Part shown: in pieces, positions 27,165 through 36,186 of the stretch
Layout: every line of letters starts with the position of its first letter
Numbering within the stretch: position 1 is the first letter of the stretch
NCBI GenBank assembly: GCA_030620115.1
Contig: JAUXFG010000003.1
Location: 1 to 56,865 of the forward strand
Direction of reading: 5' to 3'
Length of the DNA: 56,865 bases
From: Candidatus Fermentibacterota bacterium
Lineage (GTDB): Bacteria; JAFGKV01
The notes under the pieces: generated by a model
Database searches by the model: none
The model's input: the letters and a program-made list of their open reading frames with translations, nothing else
What the model was told of the DNA's origin: nothing
Program-made: the position numbers and the translations under genes

Positions 27165-28718
27165 TTATGACCATGGTCGTAAAGACAACGCGTTGGTGAA
27201 CCGTTCGAGATTTGCTTCGCCCTGCAGAGAGATCCGCCTCGTTCGTTCGCGGCAGCTCTCCACCTTTTCTTCTTGGAGTGTCAGACCGGCTCCAAGAAGC
27301 GCAAGGTTGCCGGCATCGAGACATCGCTCACTGTCTATGCGAGGAATCATCCCAATACGTTGGGCATTCTCGATGTCAATTCCCCCACCGAATGCTCCCG
27401 CCACCAGAATCGCATTGAGATCCTCGCTTCCAATCCTTGCTGCCTCGAGAACAGTACGTATGCCCAATTCCACGGCGCCCTTCGCCTTCTGGAGCTCCCG
27501 GATATCCCCTTGCGTGAGGCGGACCCGAGCGTCGGGATCGAGGGGAACAAATCGTTGGCTCCTGCTTTCGTTTAGTCGCCCCGATTCATCCACCTCGCCC
27601 TTATCGAGAAGAACTGCCAGGAAGTCAATGGCTCCGCTGCCGCAGATTCCGAACAATTCATCCCCGGCGGCGAGCCGCCAGGAATAACGCCCACGTTCCA
27701 TGGAGACCCTTATCACCGCTCCAGGGCCAGCCTCCATACCACAACTGAGACCCCGGCCCTCGAACGCGGGTCCTGCCGGCGCGGAAGCGTAATAGGCGCA
27801 TCCATTGCTCCAAAGCACCACTTCGCAGTTGGTGCCAAGATCAACAAGGAGCCAGGTCTTCTCTGGCATTCGATCAAGAAGCAGGAGTAGTGACGCCAGA
27901 GCATCGGATCCCACGAATCCACCCAATGGGGGCGTCAATACCGCACAATGACTGCAACAGGAGGGTTGGATCTCGGGCAATCCGACATAATGCCGCGCCT
28001 TTGCCGAGGGTTCGAAAGGAAGTTGCGCCATTGAGGATACATCGAGGCCGGCAACCAAGTGGTGCATCACCGTGTTGCCGACCACAGCGATCCACTCCGC
28101 GCTCTCGGCCCGGGCAGCCTCCACCGCCAGATCCACAATACGGCTCATGGAATCCAAGGCCAACTCCTTGAGAGACTGGCCTGAACCAAAAGAAAGCACC
28201 GCTGATATCCGGCTCAATACATCCAAACCAAACCTGGCCTGGGGGTTTGGTCCGCGCACAACCGGGCCCGGTTTCCCGAACTCGTCGAATACCGTCACCA
28301 TGATGGTGCTAGTGCCGAGGTCGATGCCTATGCCGGGCCCCGGTCGTCCAGGCCAGAAAAAGGGATTCATTACCTCCTCGGGTGGAAGCACTGTGCTATG
28401 CAGCATGAGGCGCTCATCAAACGCCATGGCATACGAACCGGGCGGCATGGTGCAGGCCAGACGAATACCCGCGGCAAGTTCCTGTGCAGAGAGAAATTTC
28501 CTGTCGACTGACGAAGGCGGGGGAAATTCAGGGCCCACCACACGGACCAAGCACATGCCGCACATGCCCGTTCCATTGCACCATCCGTGCAGCTTCAGCC
28601 CGGCACGTTCCAGTGCGGCTCGGGGGTCTTCTTCCTGGCCTATCGTGACGTGCCTAACGCCAAACTTCAACGCCGAAGTGGAGAGATCAGAGGCTGGATG
28701 CGTGTTCTTCGTTCCCAT
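27165..28718 (-). CDS. ASKHA-fold ATPase with N-terminal 2Fe-2S ferredoxin domain (DUF4445 / RACo-like corrinoid-activation-type protein)
   Basis: HGWCNGTGMCGMCLVRV (Cys cluster), GIDLGTSTIMVTVF and LVDLGTNCEVVLWS (actin-like phosphate motifs), ASAPAGPAFEG. Start set at ATG 28718. The ORF opens at GTG 28862, but that extension is encoded by the heptamer tract. Confidence 0.8.
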   Translation of the reverse strand: MGTKNTHPASDLSTSALKFGVRHVTIGQEEDPRAALERAGLKLHGWCNGTGMCGMCLVRVVGPEFPPPSSVDRKFLSAQELAAGIRLACTMPPGSYAMAFDERLMLHSTVLPPEEVMNPFFWPGRPGPGIGIDLGTSTIMVTVFDEFGKPGPVVRGPNPQARFGLDVLSRISAVLSFGSGQSLKELALDSMSRIVDLAVEAARAESAEWIAVVGNTVMHHLVAGLDVSSMAQLPFEPSAKARHYVGLPEIQPSCCSHCAVLTPPLGGFVGSDALASLLLLLDRMPEKTWLLVDLGTNCEVVLWSNGCAYYASAPAGPAFEGRGLSCGMEAGPGAVIRVSMERGRYSWRLAAGDELFGICGSGAIDFLAVLLDKGEVDESGRLNESRSQRFVPLDPDARVRLTQGDIRELQKAKGAVELGIRTVLEAARIGSEDLNAILVAGAFGGGIDIENAQRIGMIPRIDSERCLDAGNLALLGAGLTLQEEKVESCRERTRRISLQGEANLERFTNALSLRPWS

Positions 28719-28719
28719 G

Positions 28720-28768
28720 GTTCGATGTTCGATGTTGAATGTTCGATGTTGAATGTTCGATGTTGAAC
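28720..28768. repeat. tandem heptamer tract (7 units in perfect phase)
   Basis: GTTCGAT GTTCGAT GTTGAAT GTTCGAT GTTGAAT GTTCGAT GTTGAAC. It starts 2 nt from the ATG (28716-28718) of the ASKHA gene on the other strand. Confidence 0.9.
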
Positions 28769-28893
28769 GTTTCCGCCCGCTGGTGGAACGATCCTGGGAG
28801 AAAACCTCTGCCTGAATGATCCCACCGGCTGACAGGCGGCCCCAATAACCCACATTTCTCACTCCCGCGACGAAAGCCGGTGAGAAGTGCGGC

Positions 28894-29580
28894 CTACATC
28901 TCTCTCCGAGGTTGGAGGCTGAGCATGATGAGCGTCCTCAAGATATCGGGCCAGACGGTGACAAGATTGAGCTTCGATGCGCCCCCCCGCCGTTCGTATT
29001 CATGACATCCGATTTCGCCAACCCTGCATCCATGGATGAGACATCGCATGACCATCTCTTGTTCGATGGCGAATCCCTTCTCCTTGAGACCCAGGCGCCT
29101 GGCGACGTCGGTCCTGATGGCCCGGAATCCATTCTGGCAATCGGTCAATCGTATACCCCACCGGTAGTTGATGGCGATCAAGATCATGTGCGAACCCATC
29201 ATGCGGACGAACCTGCCAAAACTCCCTGACCACTCGTCGCTGCCGCCTCTTATGCGCGAGCCGATGACCAGGTCAAGGTCCCGGTCTTGCAGTGCGGCAA
29301 CCAAGCGTGGTATGTCCCCGGGGTCGTGCGATCCATCGGCATCCATGAACACCATGGTATCTTCGCCCGCTTCCTCGATGGCAAGGCGCAAGCCTGCGCC
29401 CTTACCATCCCCCGAGTCCACAAGCACCCGGGCGCCGAAGGCGGTGGCGATCTCTTTGGAACCATCGCTGGATCCACCATCAACAACTATGGTCTCATCC
29501 GCATATGACATGGAAGACTCGAGCACTGCCTGAAGAGTTGCTGCCTCATTCTTGGTGGGAATGACAAGGGTTACACCCAT
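28894..29580 (-). CDS. family 2 glycosyltransferase (polyprenol-phosphate sugar synthase-like)
   Basis: VIPTKNEAATLQAVL, VVDGGSSDGS, FMDADGSHDP. 228 aa. Confidence 0.85.
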   Translation of the reverse strand: MGVTLVIPTKNEAATLQAVLESSMSYADETIVVDGGSSDGSKEIATAFGARVLVDSGDGKGAGLRLAIEEAGEDTMVFMDADGSHDPGDIPRLVAALQDRDLDLVIGSRIRGGSDEWSGSFGRFVRMMGSHMILIAINYRWGIRLTDCQNGFRAIRTDVARRLGLKEKGFAIEQEMVMRCLIHGCRVGEIGCHEYERRGGASKLNLVTVWPDILRTLIMLSLQPRREM

Positions 29581-29597
29581 GGAATCAATCCTGCGTA

Positions 29598-31025
29598 TCA
29601 GCCTGTAGTGGTATGAGGGGGTTCATCGCCCGATGAAGAGACAAGCTGGGCGATACCCATCGCAAGCGTCGTGTTTCCGCCTGCGTCAAGCGCACCGAGT
29701 CGTATTCTCTCCACCATGGCACAAAGCCAGTCATGTTCCCGCGAGGAGGCCGTATCCAGCCATTCCGCGTCTGCCTCCCTCATGACCTCAATGACATCCA
29801 GCAGCCGAACGGCACTGGGATCCTTCGCGGGCTGATATGCGTGATACCCCGGATCAGGGCTTACCACCGCCAACAGATTTCCCGCCACCAGCTTGCTCAT
29901 CACTTCATGCGCCACACGTTCGGGTACAGCCAATTCTCTGGCGAATTCTTCAGTGGTGGCAGGGCGCTTCCCGTTCAAGAACCGTTGTCCCGTGATGATC
30001 ATCAGGTGAAGCGCAATGAACTCCATGGCGGCCTGATTCACGCGGCGCAGCACCTTTTCCTGCCGGTATTCCCGGATATGCTGTACCGTATAGGACACCT
30101 GGGCGCCAAGGAGAAAGATCAGCCACGTGAAGTAGATACCAACGAGGACTACGGGGATGAGACCAATGCTCCCATAGATGGTGCTGTAGGTCACTACACG
30201 CCTGAAGTAGAGGGTCGAGAGCATACCATTCAAACACCAAAGCGAACCACCTACAAGACCGCCGGCAAATGCTGCACGAACTTTCACGTGTGTGTTCGGA
30301 AGGAGGAGATAGAGGAGCCCGAAGAAGAGAGAAAGGACCACGAGATTGCTCGTGGCCTTGGGGACAATCCTCAATATAGGAAGCGCGCTCAATTGATCCA
30401 AGCTCCAGGAAGCTGAGGCACTGATGCTGAACAGCATAACCAACGGCCCCAAGGTGATAGCCGTCCAGTAGTACACAAGTCGGCGGAGACGTCCCCGGCC
30501 ACGCTCCACGCCCCAGATATCGTTCACCGCATTCTCGATGGTCTCGATGAGCCGGACGCCAACAAAAAGGAGGATGAGCATACCAACGGCCCCTAATGCC
30601 CTAAAATTGATATTCTCGATGAAGTCGGTGATACCCGTGATGATCTTGTCCCGGGCCGCTCTGCTCTTGACCGGCGGTGCTTCCGGCACGGGTGGCAGGG
30701 CGGTGGCACTGTCAGAAAGTACCTCCGCCGGCACCCAATCGATCATGGGGAGGACCGCAGTGATCAATCGGTCCAGTGCCCGGGGAATTTCTTCCTCACT
30801 CGCATCTTTGAGGAAATTCTTGGATACGGCTATGGAAACCGCGAGGAGAGGAATAATGGCAAGGACCGTTGCGTAGCTTAGTGCAGCCGCCCTGGTGGTA
30901 CACCGTGTGTCTTCGAAATCCCGATAGAGTTGTGCCATGAACTCGCCAAATGTTCTAAGCACATGCCAGAGAACCTTCAATATCTTCATACTGCCAAAGA
31001 GAATTTGCCTGAGTAGCGTATTCAT
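29598..31025 (-). CDS. YihY/BrkB family membrane protein with C-terminal soluble extension
   Basis: AAALSYATVLAIIPLLAV plus about 6 TM segments. A C-terminal ~130 aa may be a winged-helix domain (ELAVPERVAHEVMSKLVAGNLLAVV). The start overlaps the upstream stop (ATGA). Confidence 0.8.
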   Translation of the reverse strand: MNTLLRQILFGSMKILKVLWHVLRTFGEFMAQLYRDFEDTRCTTRAAALSYATVLAIIPLLAVSIAVSKNFLKDASEEEIPRALDRLITAVLPMIDWVPAEVLSDSATALPPVPEAPPVKSRAARDKIITGITDFIENINFRALGAVGMLILLFVGVRLIETIENAVNDIWGVERGRGRLRRLVYYWTAITLGPLVMLFSISASASWSLDQLSALPILRIVPKATSNLVVLSLFFGLLYLLLPNTHVKVRAAFAGGLVGGSLWCLNGMLSTLYFRRVVTYSTIYGSIGLIPVVLVGIYFTWLIFLLGAQVSYTVQHIREYRQEKVLRRVNQAAMEFIALHLMIITGQRFLNGKRPATTEEFARELAVPERVAHEVMSKLVAGNLLAVVSPDPGYHAYQPAKDPSAVRLLDVIEVMREADAEWLDTASSREHDWLCAMVERIRLGALDAGGNTTLAMGIAQLVSSSGDEPPHTTTG

Positions 31026-33943
31026 GAAACCACCAATGAGACGCGATTTCGCCCGGATTCTTTGGCACAGTACAACGCCCTGTCGGCGTCAGCTAATAAT
31101 TCCTGCCAGGAATTGTGCACTCTGGGGTCAAGGCCGGCCACACCAACACTCACCGTGAATGATATGGTCTCCCCGCCTGGGTCCGCAAAGGGAGTCGATT
31201 CTACGCGGTCACGAAGTTTTTCCGCCACGAGAAGGCCGTTATTCTCCCCGGCGCCATAGAGTACATACATGAACTCATCACCACCGCTTCTGCACACGAG
31301 ATCGGATCTCCGCCGCAAACGACGAAGTATTTCGGCAAAATGCTTGAGGGCGGCATCACCGACAGCATGCCCCCACGTATCATTCAGTACCTTGAACTTG
31401 TCAATATCAATTGCCAGGGCAGTCATCGGGATGCCGCTCCTTTGTGCTCGTGCCACCACACCATCTACCTCGGCGTTGAAGCCTCTACGGTTGGGAAGCC
31501 CCGTCAATTCGTCGGTGAGGGATAGCTCTCTCACCTGGTCCAGAGCCTCTTCCAACTGGGTAGTCCGCGTTCGCACCAACCCCTCCAGCTCGATCCTTTT
31601 CCGCTCGAGCTGGCGCGTCCTAAGTTTTACGACCGCGGTGACAAGGCCAAAGGTAAGTAGGGTCACACCCACAAGAAACGGCGCTCTCAACCAGTATGGG
31701 GACCCAACATGCAGTACCACTGCTGCAGCCGGTCCCCAGGCTGACAGGTTGTTCCGCGCCGCTATCTCGAAACAATGGGTCCCACGTGGGAGATAAGAGT
31801 ACCGGATGTCATCCGTACGATGGGTCGTAATCCACGTATCGTCCACTTCGCTTAGGCGGTACTGGAACATCGCCTGATCGGGCCAGAGAAGTGATTGCTC
31901 TTCATATCGGATTCTGAGCACGTGATGTCCGTGGGGCAGAAGTCTGCCAGGTTTCCATAGGTCGCCATCCAGAGAAATCTGTTCGATCCGGATCTCCGGC
32001 CCGTCGACAAAGGCCCCCAATTGCCGCGTATCGATCCTGCTCACGCACCCAAAGAATCCACACCAAAGCCCTCCATCCTCGTCTAATACGAATGCGCGTG
32101 AGGTCGTGATCTCTTCACCTGCAAGGCCGACACGGTTGTCCAACATGGGGCCAAACGCGTCGCGCTCCAAATCAAGACATTGTACTCCATTGTCAGTACC
32201 GATCCAAAGATGGTTACCGTCCAAAACGAGGCCGGTCACCATCTCGTCTCCCAATCCATCGGGTTTCTTCCACGTCCGAACACGTTTCTTTTGATCAACG
32301 AGACAAAGGCCCGCCTCGGTGCCTATCCAGAGGCCCCGCTCTTCATCCACCAGAACCGTATTGATTCCCTGCGATGGTAACTGGTCGTTGAATTCAGACT
32401 GCCAGAGCGTATCGCCGTTGCTTGTCCATAAACCGAGCCCGGATGTGCCGACATGGACACGATCCCCGTCAGCCACCAGTGCATATACAGAGGCTTCCGG
32501 CATACCGGGAATCTCCGACCATACCCCATGGGCATACCGCACCACTCCAGTGGTTGTTCCAATGAGCGCTGAGTCTTTGTCTCGCACCAAGAGGCGTACA
32601 AGATAAAGGTCGCTCAGCGATGATTCATCGTGAAGAGGCTCCAGCTTCCCCTCGGCAGTGATCCTGAACATGCCGCCGTCACCAATCACGATGATGTCGT
32701 TCCCCATCCGCCCGATATCCCAAATCTCGCCCAGTCTGACATCATCACGATTCAGGGGGATCTCATCCAGTGCTCCGGTTGTCCTCCTGTGGAGCAAAAC
32801 ACTCCGATCAGTGGTTATGAAGACGCTGTCGCGCCCTTCGAGGTGCATGGCAAGAGGAGAAATAAGATTCTCATGTTTCAGATTCTCAACACTTGTGATG
32901 GAGACCTGCAGGAGACCCTCGCCTCCTGTTCCGATCCAAATTGATCCCGCTTGGTCAATCAGGAGACTAGTCATGGTTCGCTCCGTCACACCCACTGCAT
33001 AGGAAACCCATGATCCATCGTTGGCGAAATGCCAGAGTTTTCTACGTCCGATGCCCCAGAGTTCCCCATCCGGTGCACATGCAAGGTTCGTGAGGGATTC
33101 GATGCGCGGCGGCTCTCCCGGTTCGATAACAATTGTCGTGTCCCCCTGAGTCCTCATTACCCTCCCCCCGAGGAGATAGACGACTTCATCTTGAGGGAAA
33201 GGGCATATCGCGTAAATGAAGTTATGCTCTTCCTTCGCGGGACCCACATGGATTCTCTCGCCTGTGGAGCGATTCACACGCCAGAGACCTGAAAGCCGGG
33301 TTCCTACATACAAGACGCTGTCGCCAAGACTAGACATGACCAGCAATGCTTCATCCGGTGGAAAGGCAGGCATCACAGGAAGCTCAGCCACAGAATCCTC
33401 TCTACAGACGAATAGATTGTCCCATGTGCAGACAAGAACCTCTCCAGGCGCTCCCAATGCCAGGTTTCTGATGTCCATGCCCGCCATATTGATTTCTGAT
33501 TCGAGATGGTGAAAACCCACACTGTCACGAAAGGCGAGCCCACCATCAGTACCCAGCCAAAGGCGGCCCTTCTCATCCATGACCATAGCCATGATCGTGC
33601 TGCTGGGGAGCCCGTCAGCGGGACCGTATGTCCTTATCCTGCCGGCGGAAACGAGACTCAGCCCGGAAGGAGTTCCGACCCAGAGACCCTGGGAATGATC
33701 AGCGCACATGCAGAGCACCTCACGCGAGGCGAGGCCTTGGGCGGACAAGTATCGTCTCACGGGAAGCTCCATGGCCCAAGAGCATGCAGGCATGCCGAAG
33801 AAACTCTGGAGCAGAAGCACAACCAGAATCAGTCCTTTTTGTGCGGCTCGATAGATGATTTCGCGTTGCTCACTCAAGAATCGTGCTCCGCATTTGCTCA
33901 TATCCGTGATCTGAGCAAAAGGTGGATGGATGGGGTCGGGCAA
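31022..33943 (-). CDS. sensor diguanylate cyclase (beta-propeller Reg_prop repeats, Y_Y_Y-like domain, TM, GGDEF)
   Basis: Repeated LW(I/V)GT..GL propeller motifs, one TM (PFLVGVTLLTFGLVTAVV), a coiled coil, then RRSDLVCRSGGDEFMYVL (RxxD I-site plus GGDEF). Confidence 0.9.
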   Translation of the reverse strand: MPDPIHPPFAQITDMSKCGARFLSEQREIIYRAAQKGLILVVLLLQSFFGMPACSWAMELPVRRYLSAQGLASREVLCMCADHSQGLWVGTPSGLSLVSAGRIRTYGPADGLPSSTIMAMVMDEKGRLWLGTDGGLAFRDSVGFHHLESEINMAGMDIRNLALGAPGEVLVCTWDNLFVCREDSVAELPVMPAFPPDEALLVMSSLGDSVLYVGTRLSGLWRVNRSTGERIHVGPAKEEHNFIYAICPFPQDEVVYLLGGRVMRTQGDTTIVIEPGEPPRIESLTNLACAPDGELWGIGRRKLWHFANDGSWVSYAVGVTERTMTSLLIDQAGSIWIGTGGEGLLQVSITSVENLKHENLISPLAMHLEGRDSVFITTDRSVLLHRRTTGALDEIPLNRDDVRLGEIWDIGRMGNDIIVIGDGGMFRITAEGKLEPLHDESSLSDLYLVRLLVRDKDSALIGTTTGVVRYAHGVWSEIPGMPEASVYALVADGDRVHVGTSGLGLWTSNGDTLWQSEFNDQLPSQGINTVLVDEERGLWIGTEAGLCLVDQKKRVRTWKKPDGLGDEMVTGLVLDGNHLWIGTDNGVQCLDLERDAFGPMLDNRVGLAGEEITTSRAFVLDEDGGLWCGFFGCVSRIDTRQLGAFVDGPEIRIEQISLDGDLWKPGRLLPHGHHVLRIRYEEQSLLWPDQAMFQYRLSEVDDTWITTHRTDDIRYSYLPRGTHCFEIAARNNLSAWGPAAAVVLHVGSPYWLRAPFLVGVTLLTFGLVTAVVKLRTRQLERKRIELEGLVRTRTTQLEEALDQVRELSLTDELTGLPNRRGFNAEVDGVVARAQRSGIPMTALAIDIDKFKVLNDTWGHAVGDAALKHFAEILRRLRRRSDLVCRSGGDEFMYVLYGAGENNGLLVAEKLRDRVESTPFADPGGETISFTVSVGVAGLDPRVHNSWQELLADADRALYCAKESGRNRVSLVVS

Positions 33944-33974
33944 AAAAACAGCCTATATTCGGGAAAGCTGTCCA

Positions 33975-34193
33975 GCAAAGCTGCGCCTCAAACCGACGAG
34001 TGATGATGCCGTAGCGCATTGATTGAGGCGCAGCGATACTGGTCACTGGATACTGGATGGAACCCGGAGTCGTTGCGTTCTTCTTCCAGCATCCAGCATC
34101 CAGACACCAGCATCGCCTCGCAGCCAACCCACATATGTCGTTGCAAAACTTGACCCGTTTGTGAAGTTTCCAACCAATTGAAAACGACTAGTG
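33975..34193 (+). repeat. M1 element, copy B (hairpin + 4 heptamer units + 35-mer)
   Basis: Hairpin arms at 33980-33991 and 34023-34034. CCAGCAT CCAGCAT CCAGACA CCAGCAT at 34086-34113. 35-mer at 34140-34174. Confidence 0.85.
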
Positions 34194-34304
34194 TCGCTCG
34201 ATTGCTCTCGATTCCTATTGACGTTTAGACTCCGGCATCTCACTTTCAGCCATTCGATTTGCCCGTGTTCGTGTCGAGTTATCCGACCAAGGAGGTCCAA
34301 GCCC

Positions 34305-35855
34305 TTGTTGAATCGTCGTTCCGCCACCTATGCCACTCTCCTTCTTGCACACAAGTGGTGGATCATTGCATCCACGCTGCTTGCCGGTCTGGCCGCGGCG
34401 CTCATGAGCCTGACGCTGGAGGATCAATTCCAAGCGAGGGCCAGATTGCTGGTTCTTGAACCGACCGTGGAAAGCAAGGCCGGTGGATACACAAATGTCA
34501 ACAACACCGTCTATACGGTGGATACATACTCATCCATGCTCGCCAATCAAGAACTTCTTGCCGGCGCCGTGAGAGATCTCGGTCTTGACTTCCCCCCTGA
34601 TCGTCTGTCCGGGAGTCGACTCCTGGGCCGCCTCTCCATCGTCCCAGTGAAGGACACAAAGTTGATAGAGCTCAGTGTTGTCTACTCGAACGCGGCAAAG
34701 ACAAGAATAATTGTCAACAAGATCGCAAATAGATTCGTCGATCTCTATCAGAATATCAGAACAAACGAGATCAATAGCTCTCAGCGATTCATACAGGAAC
34801 AACTCGATATGGCACGTTTTGCCTATGATATCGCACAGGATTCATTGAGAATCGCGCGCTCAGCCGGACGAGTGGACGAGCTTCATCTACGTCTTCAGAA
34901 TATCATGGAGCAGATCAAGCTCTTCCAGATCGACCTTGAGGCCTCGCGAGGAGATCTGTCTCGGATGAACGCACGGCTGGCGGAGGTAGACCAACTGCTT
35001 GGCGACCTACCGGAGGAGACCATGGCTTCCAGGAGAGAGTTCACCACGATTCTCCACGGTCAGCCAGCGGGCGCCTCGGCAGCGGAGGATGTTTCCACCC
35101 TCCTTCACGACATCGATCTCTCCGCGCTTTCGAGACAGACGGCCAACGAAGAGCAGAAGGCACAGATCCAACGGGCTATACAGCAGCTTAACGACCTACG
35201 CGCCGCAGCTCGGGATTTGGAAAATCCGCCCGGAAGGCGTCGTCTTACACCCCAGGAATGGGCTGATCGACTGGGCATTCTTGCCTCCGGACTGAGAGAC
35301 CTTGAACGGTCCATGGCGGAGATGACCGCATCGTTTGGACGGCAGGCGAGTTCGCTCTCACCCCTGACGTTGAGGGTCGGTGCTCTCGCTTCTTCCATCT
35401 CGGGTCAAGTTGCCCAGCAGACCACTGAGCAACAGATGCAGGCCAACCCCCTCCGCACCACGCTCCTCCGCGAGCAGGCGGAAGATCGGATGAGGCGACA
35501 AGGGCTTGCCGCAAAGATTGAGCATCTGGAGCATGTCCTCACAGGTCTCCGTAAAGAGCTCGTTTCGGTAGAGCAAGGGCTTTACCGCGGAATGAGAAAC
35601 GTCGAATCCATGGAGCAGGAAAGCAAATCACTCGCCGACTTAAAGTCATTTCTTACCGAGAAATATGATCAATCCAGGATCGAAGTCGCCGCGAAACTCG
35701 GAACCATGATACTGGTGGATCCCGCACTCATCCCCGAGCGTAAAATCGGCCCCCAGAGAAAACTCAATGTCCTGCTCGGCTTGCTCGTGGGCTTCTCTGT
35801 CGGGTCTCTCTTCGTGGTCGGCAAGGAGCTCTTCCAAGCAACCGAATCCGCCTGA
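34305..35855 (+). CDS. Wzz/GumC-type polysaccharide chain-length determinant (PCP) protein, no kinase domain
   Basis: N-terminal TM (WWIIASTLLAGLAAALMSL), LVLEP and YSSML Wzz-like motifs, a long coiled coil, then C-terminal P-x-x-P-x-x-K..P plus a second TM (LNVLLGLLVGFSVGSLFVV). TTG 34305 lies 9 nt after AAGGAGG. The ORF opens at GTG 34191, inside M1-B. Confidence 0.8.
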   Translation: MLNRRSATYATLLLAHKWWIIASTLLAGLAAALMSLTLEDQFQARARLLVLEPTVESKAGGYTNVNNTVYTVDTYSSMLANQELLAGAVRDLGLDFPPDRLSGSRLLGRLSIVPVKDTKLIELSVVYSNAAKTRIIVNKIANRFVDLYQNIRTNEINSSQRFIQEQLDMARFAYDIAQDSLRIARSAGRVDELHLRLQNIMEQIKLFQIDLEASRGDLSRMNARLAEVDQLLGDLPEETMASRREFTTILHGQPAGASAAEDVSTLLHDIDLSALSRQTANEEQKAQIQRAIQQLNDLRAAARDLENPPGRRRLTPQEWADRLGILASGLRDLERSMAEMTASFGRQASSLSPLTLRVGALASSISGQVAQQTTEQQMQANPLRTTLLREQAEDRMRRQGLAAKIEHLEHVLTGLRKELVSVEQGLYRGMRNVESMEQESKSLADLKSFLTEKYDQSRIEVAAKLGTMILVDPALIPERKIGPQRKLNVLLGLLVGFSVGSLFVVGKELFQATESA

Positions 35856-35859
35856 CTTT

Positions 35860-36050
35860 AGGGTTCGCATCAGGAATAACTTCACATCTTGACATCCCAT
35901 CTTCATCGCATCTATTGGCCTCGCCTCCATCGCGAAATCCTCGATCCGCCAGCTAGCGGACCTCCGGCGGGCATCCGCCAGCTGGCGGACCAAACCCCTA
36001 CATGGGGAGACCAATTCTGCGGCAAATCTGTGCGTCAAGACTCCGAACCC
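35860..36050 (+). mobile_element. M2 element, copy E3
   Basis: AGGGTTCGCATCAGGAATAACTTCACATCTTGACATCCCATCTTCATCGC ... GGCAAATCTGTGCGTCAAGACTCCGAACCC. Flanked by TTA on both sides. The right TIR is shortened, apparently by a deletion between GCGAAC repeats. Confidence 0.7.
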
Positions 36051-36065
36051 TTACCATCCAATTGC

Positions 36066-36129
36066 CAACGTCGAACATCGAAGTGGGGCTCTTCCTTCGA
36101 CGTTGGATGTTGGATGTTCGGCGTTTCTC
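36066..36129. repeat. inverted pair of heptamer tracts (GTTGGAT/GTTCGAC type) forming a 10-bp hairpin
   Basis: CAACGTCGAA (36066-36075) pairs with TTCGACGTTG (36096-36105). The right arm continues CTTCGAC GTTGGAT GTTGGAT GTTCGGC GTTTCTC (36095-36129). The tract lies 58 nt upstream of the ligase ATG. Confidence 0.8.
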
Positions 36130-36186
36130 CATCCCAGCGAAGGCTCTCCTCCTCCCCAATTCCTCAATCGCCCAATCTCCTATCTC

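Noticed and set aside
28719-28862. N-terminal extension of the RACo-like gene to GTG 28862
   Set aside because: The extension is encoded by the 7-nt tandem tract (..TSNIQHRTFNIEHRT..) and lies upstream of where the ferredoxin domain should begin. It is kept as an alternative only in the phase-variation hypothesis.
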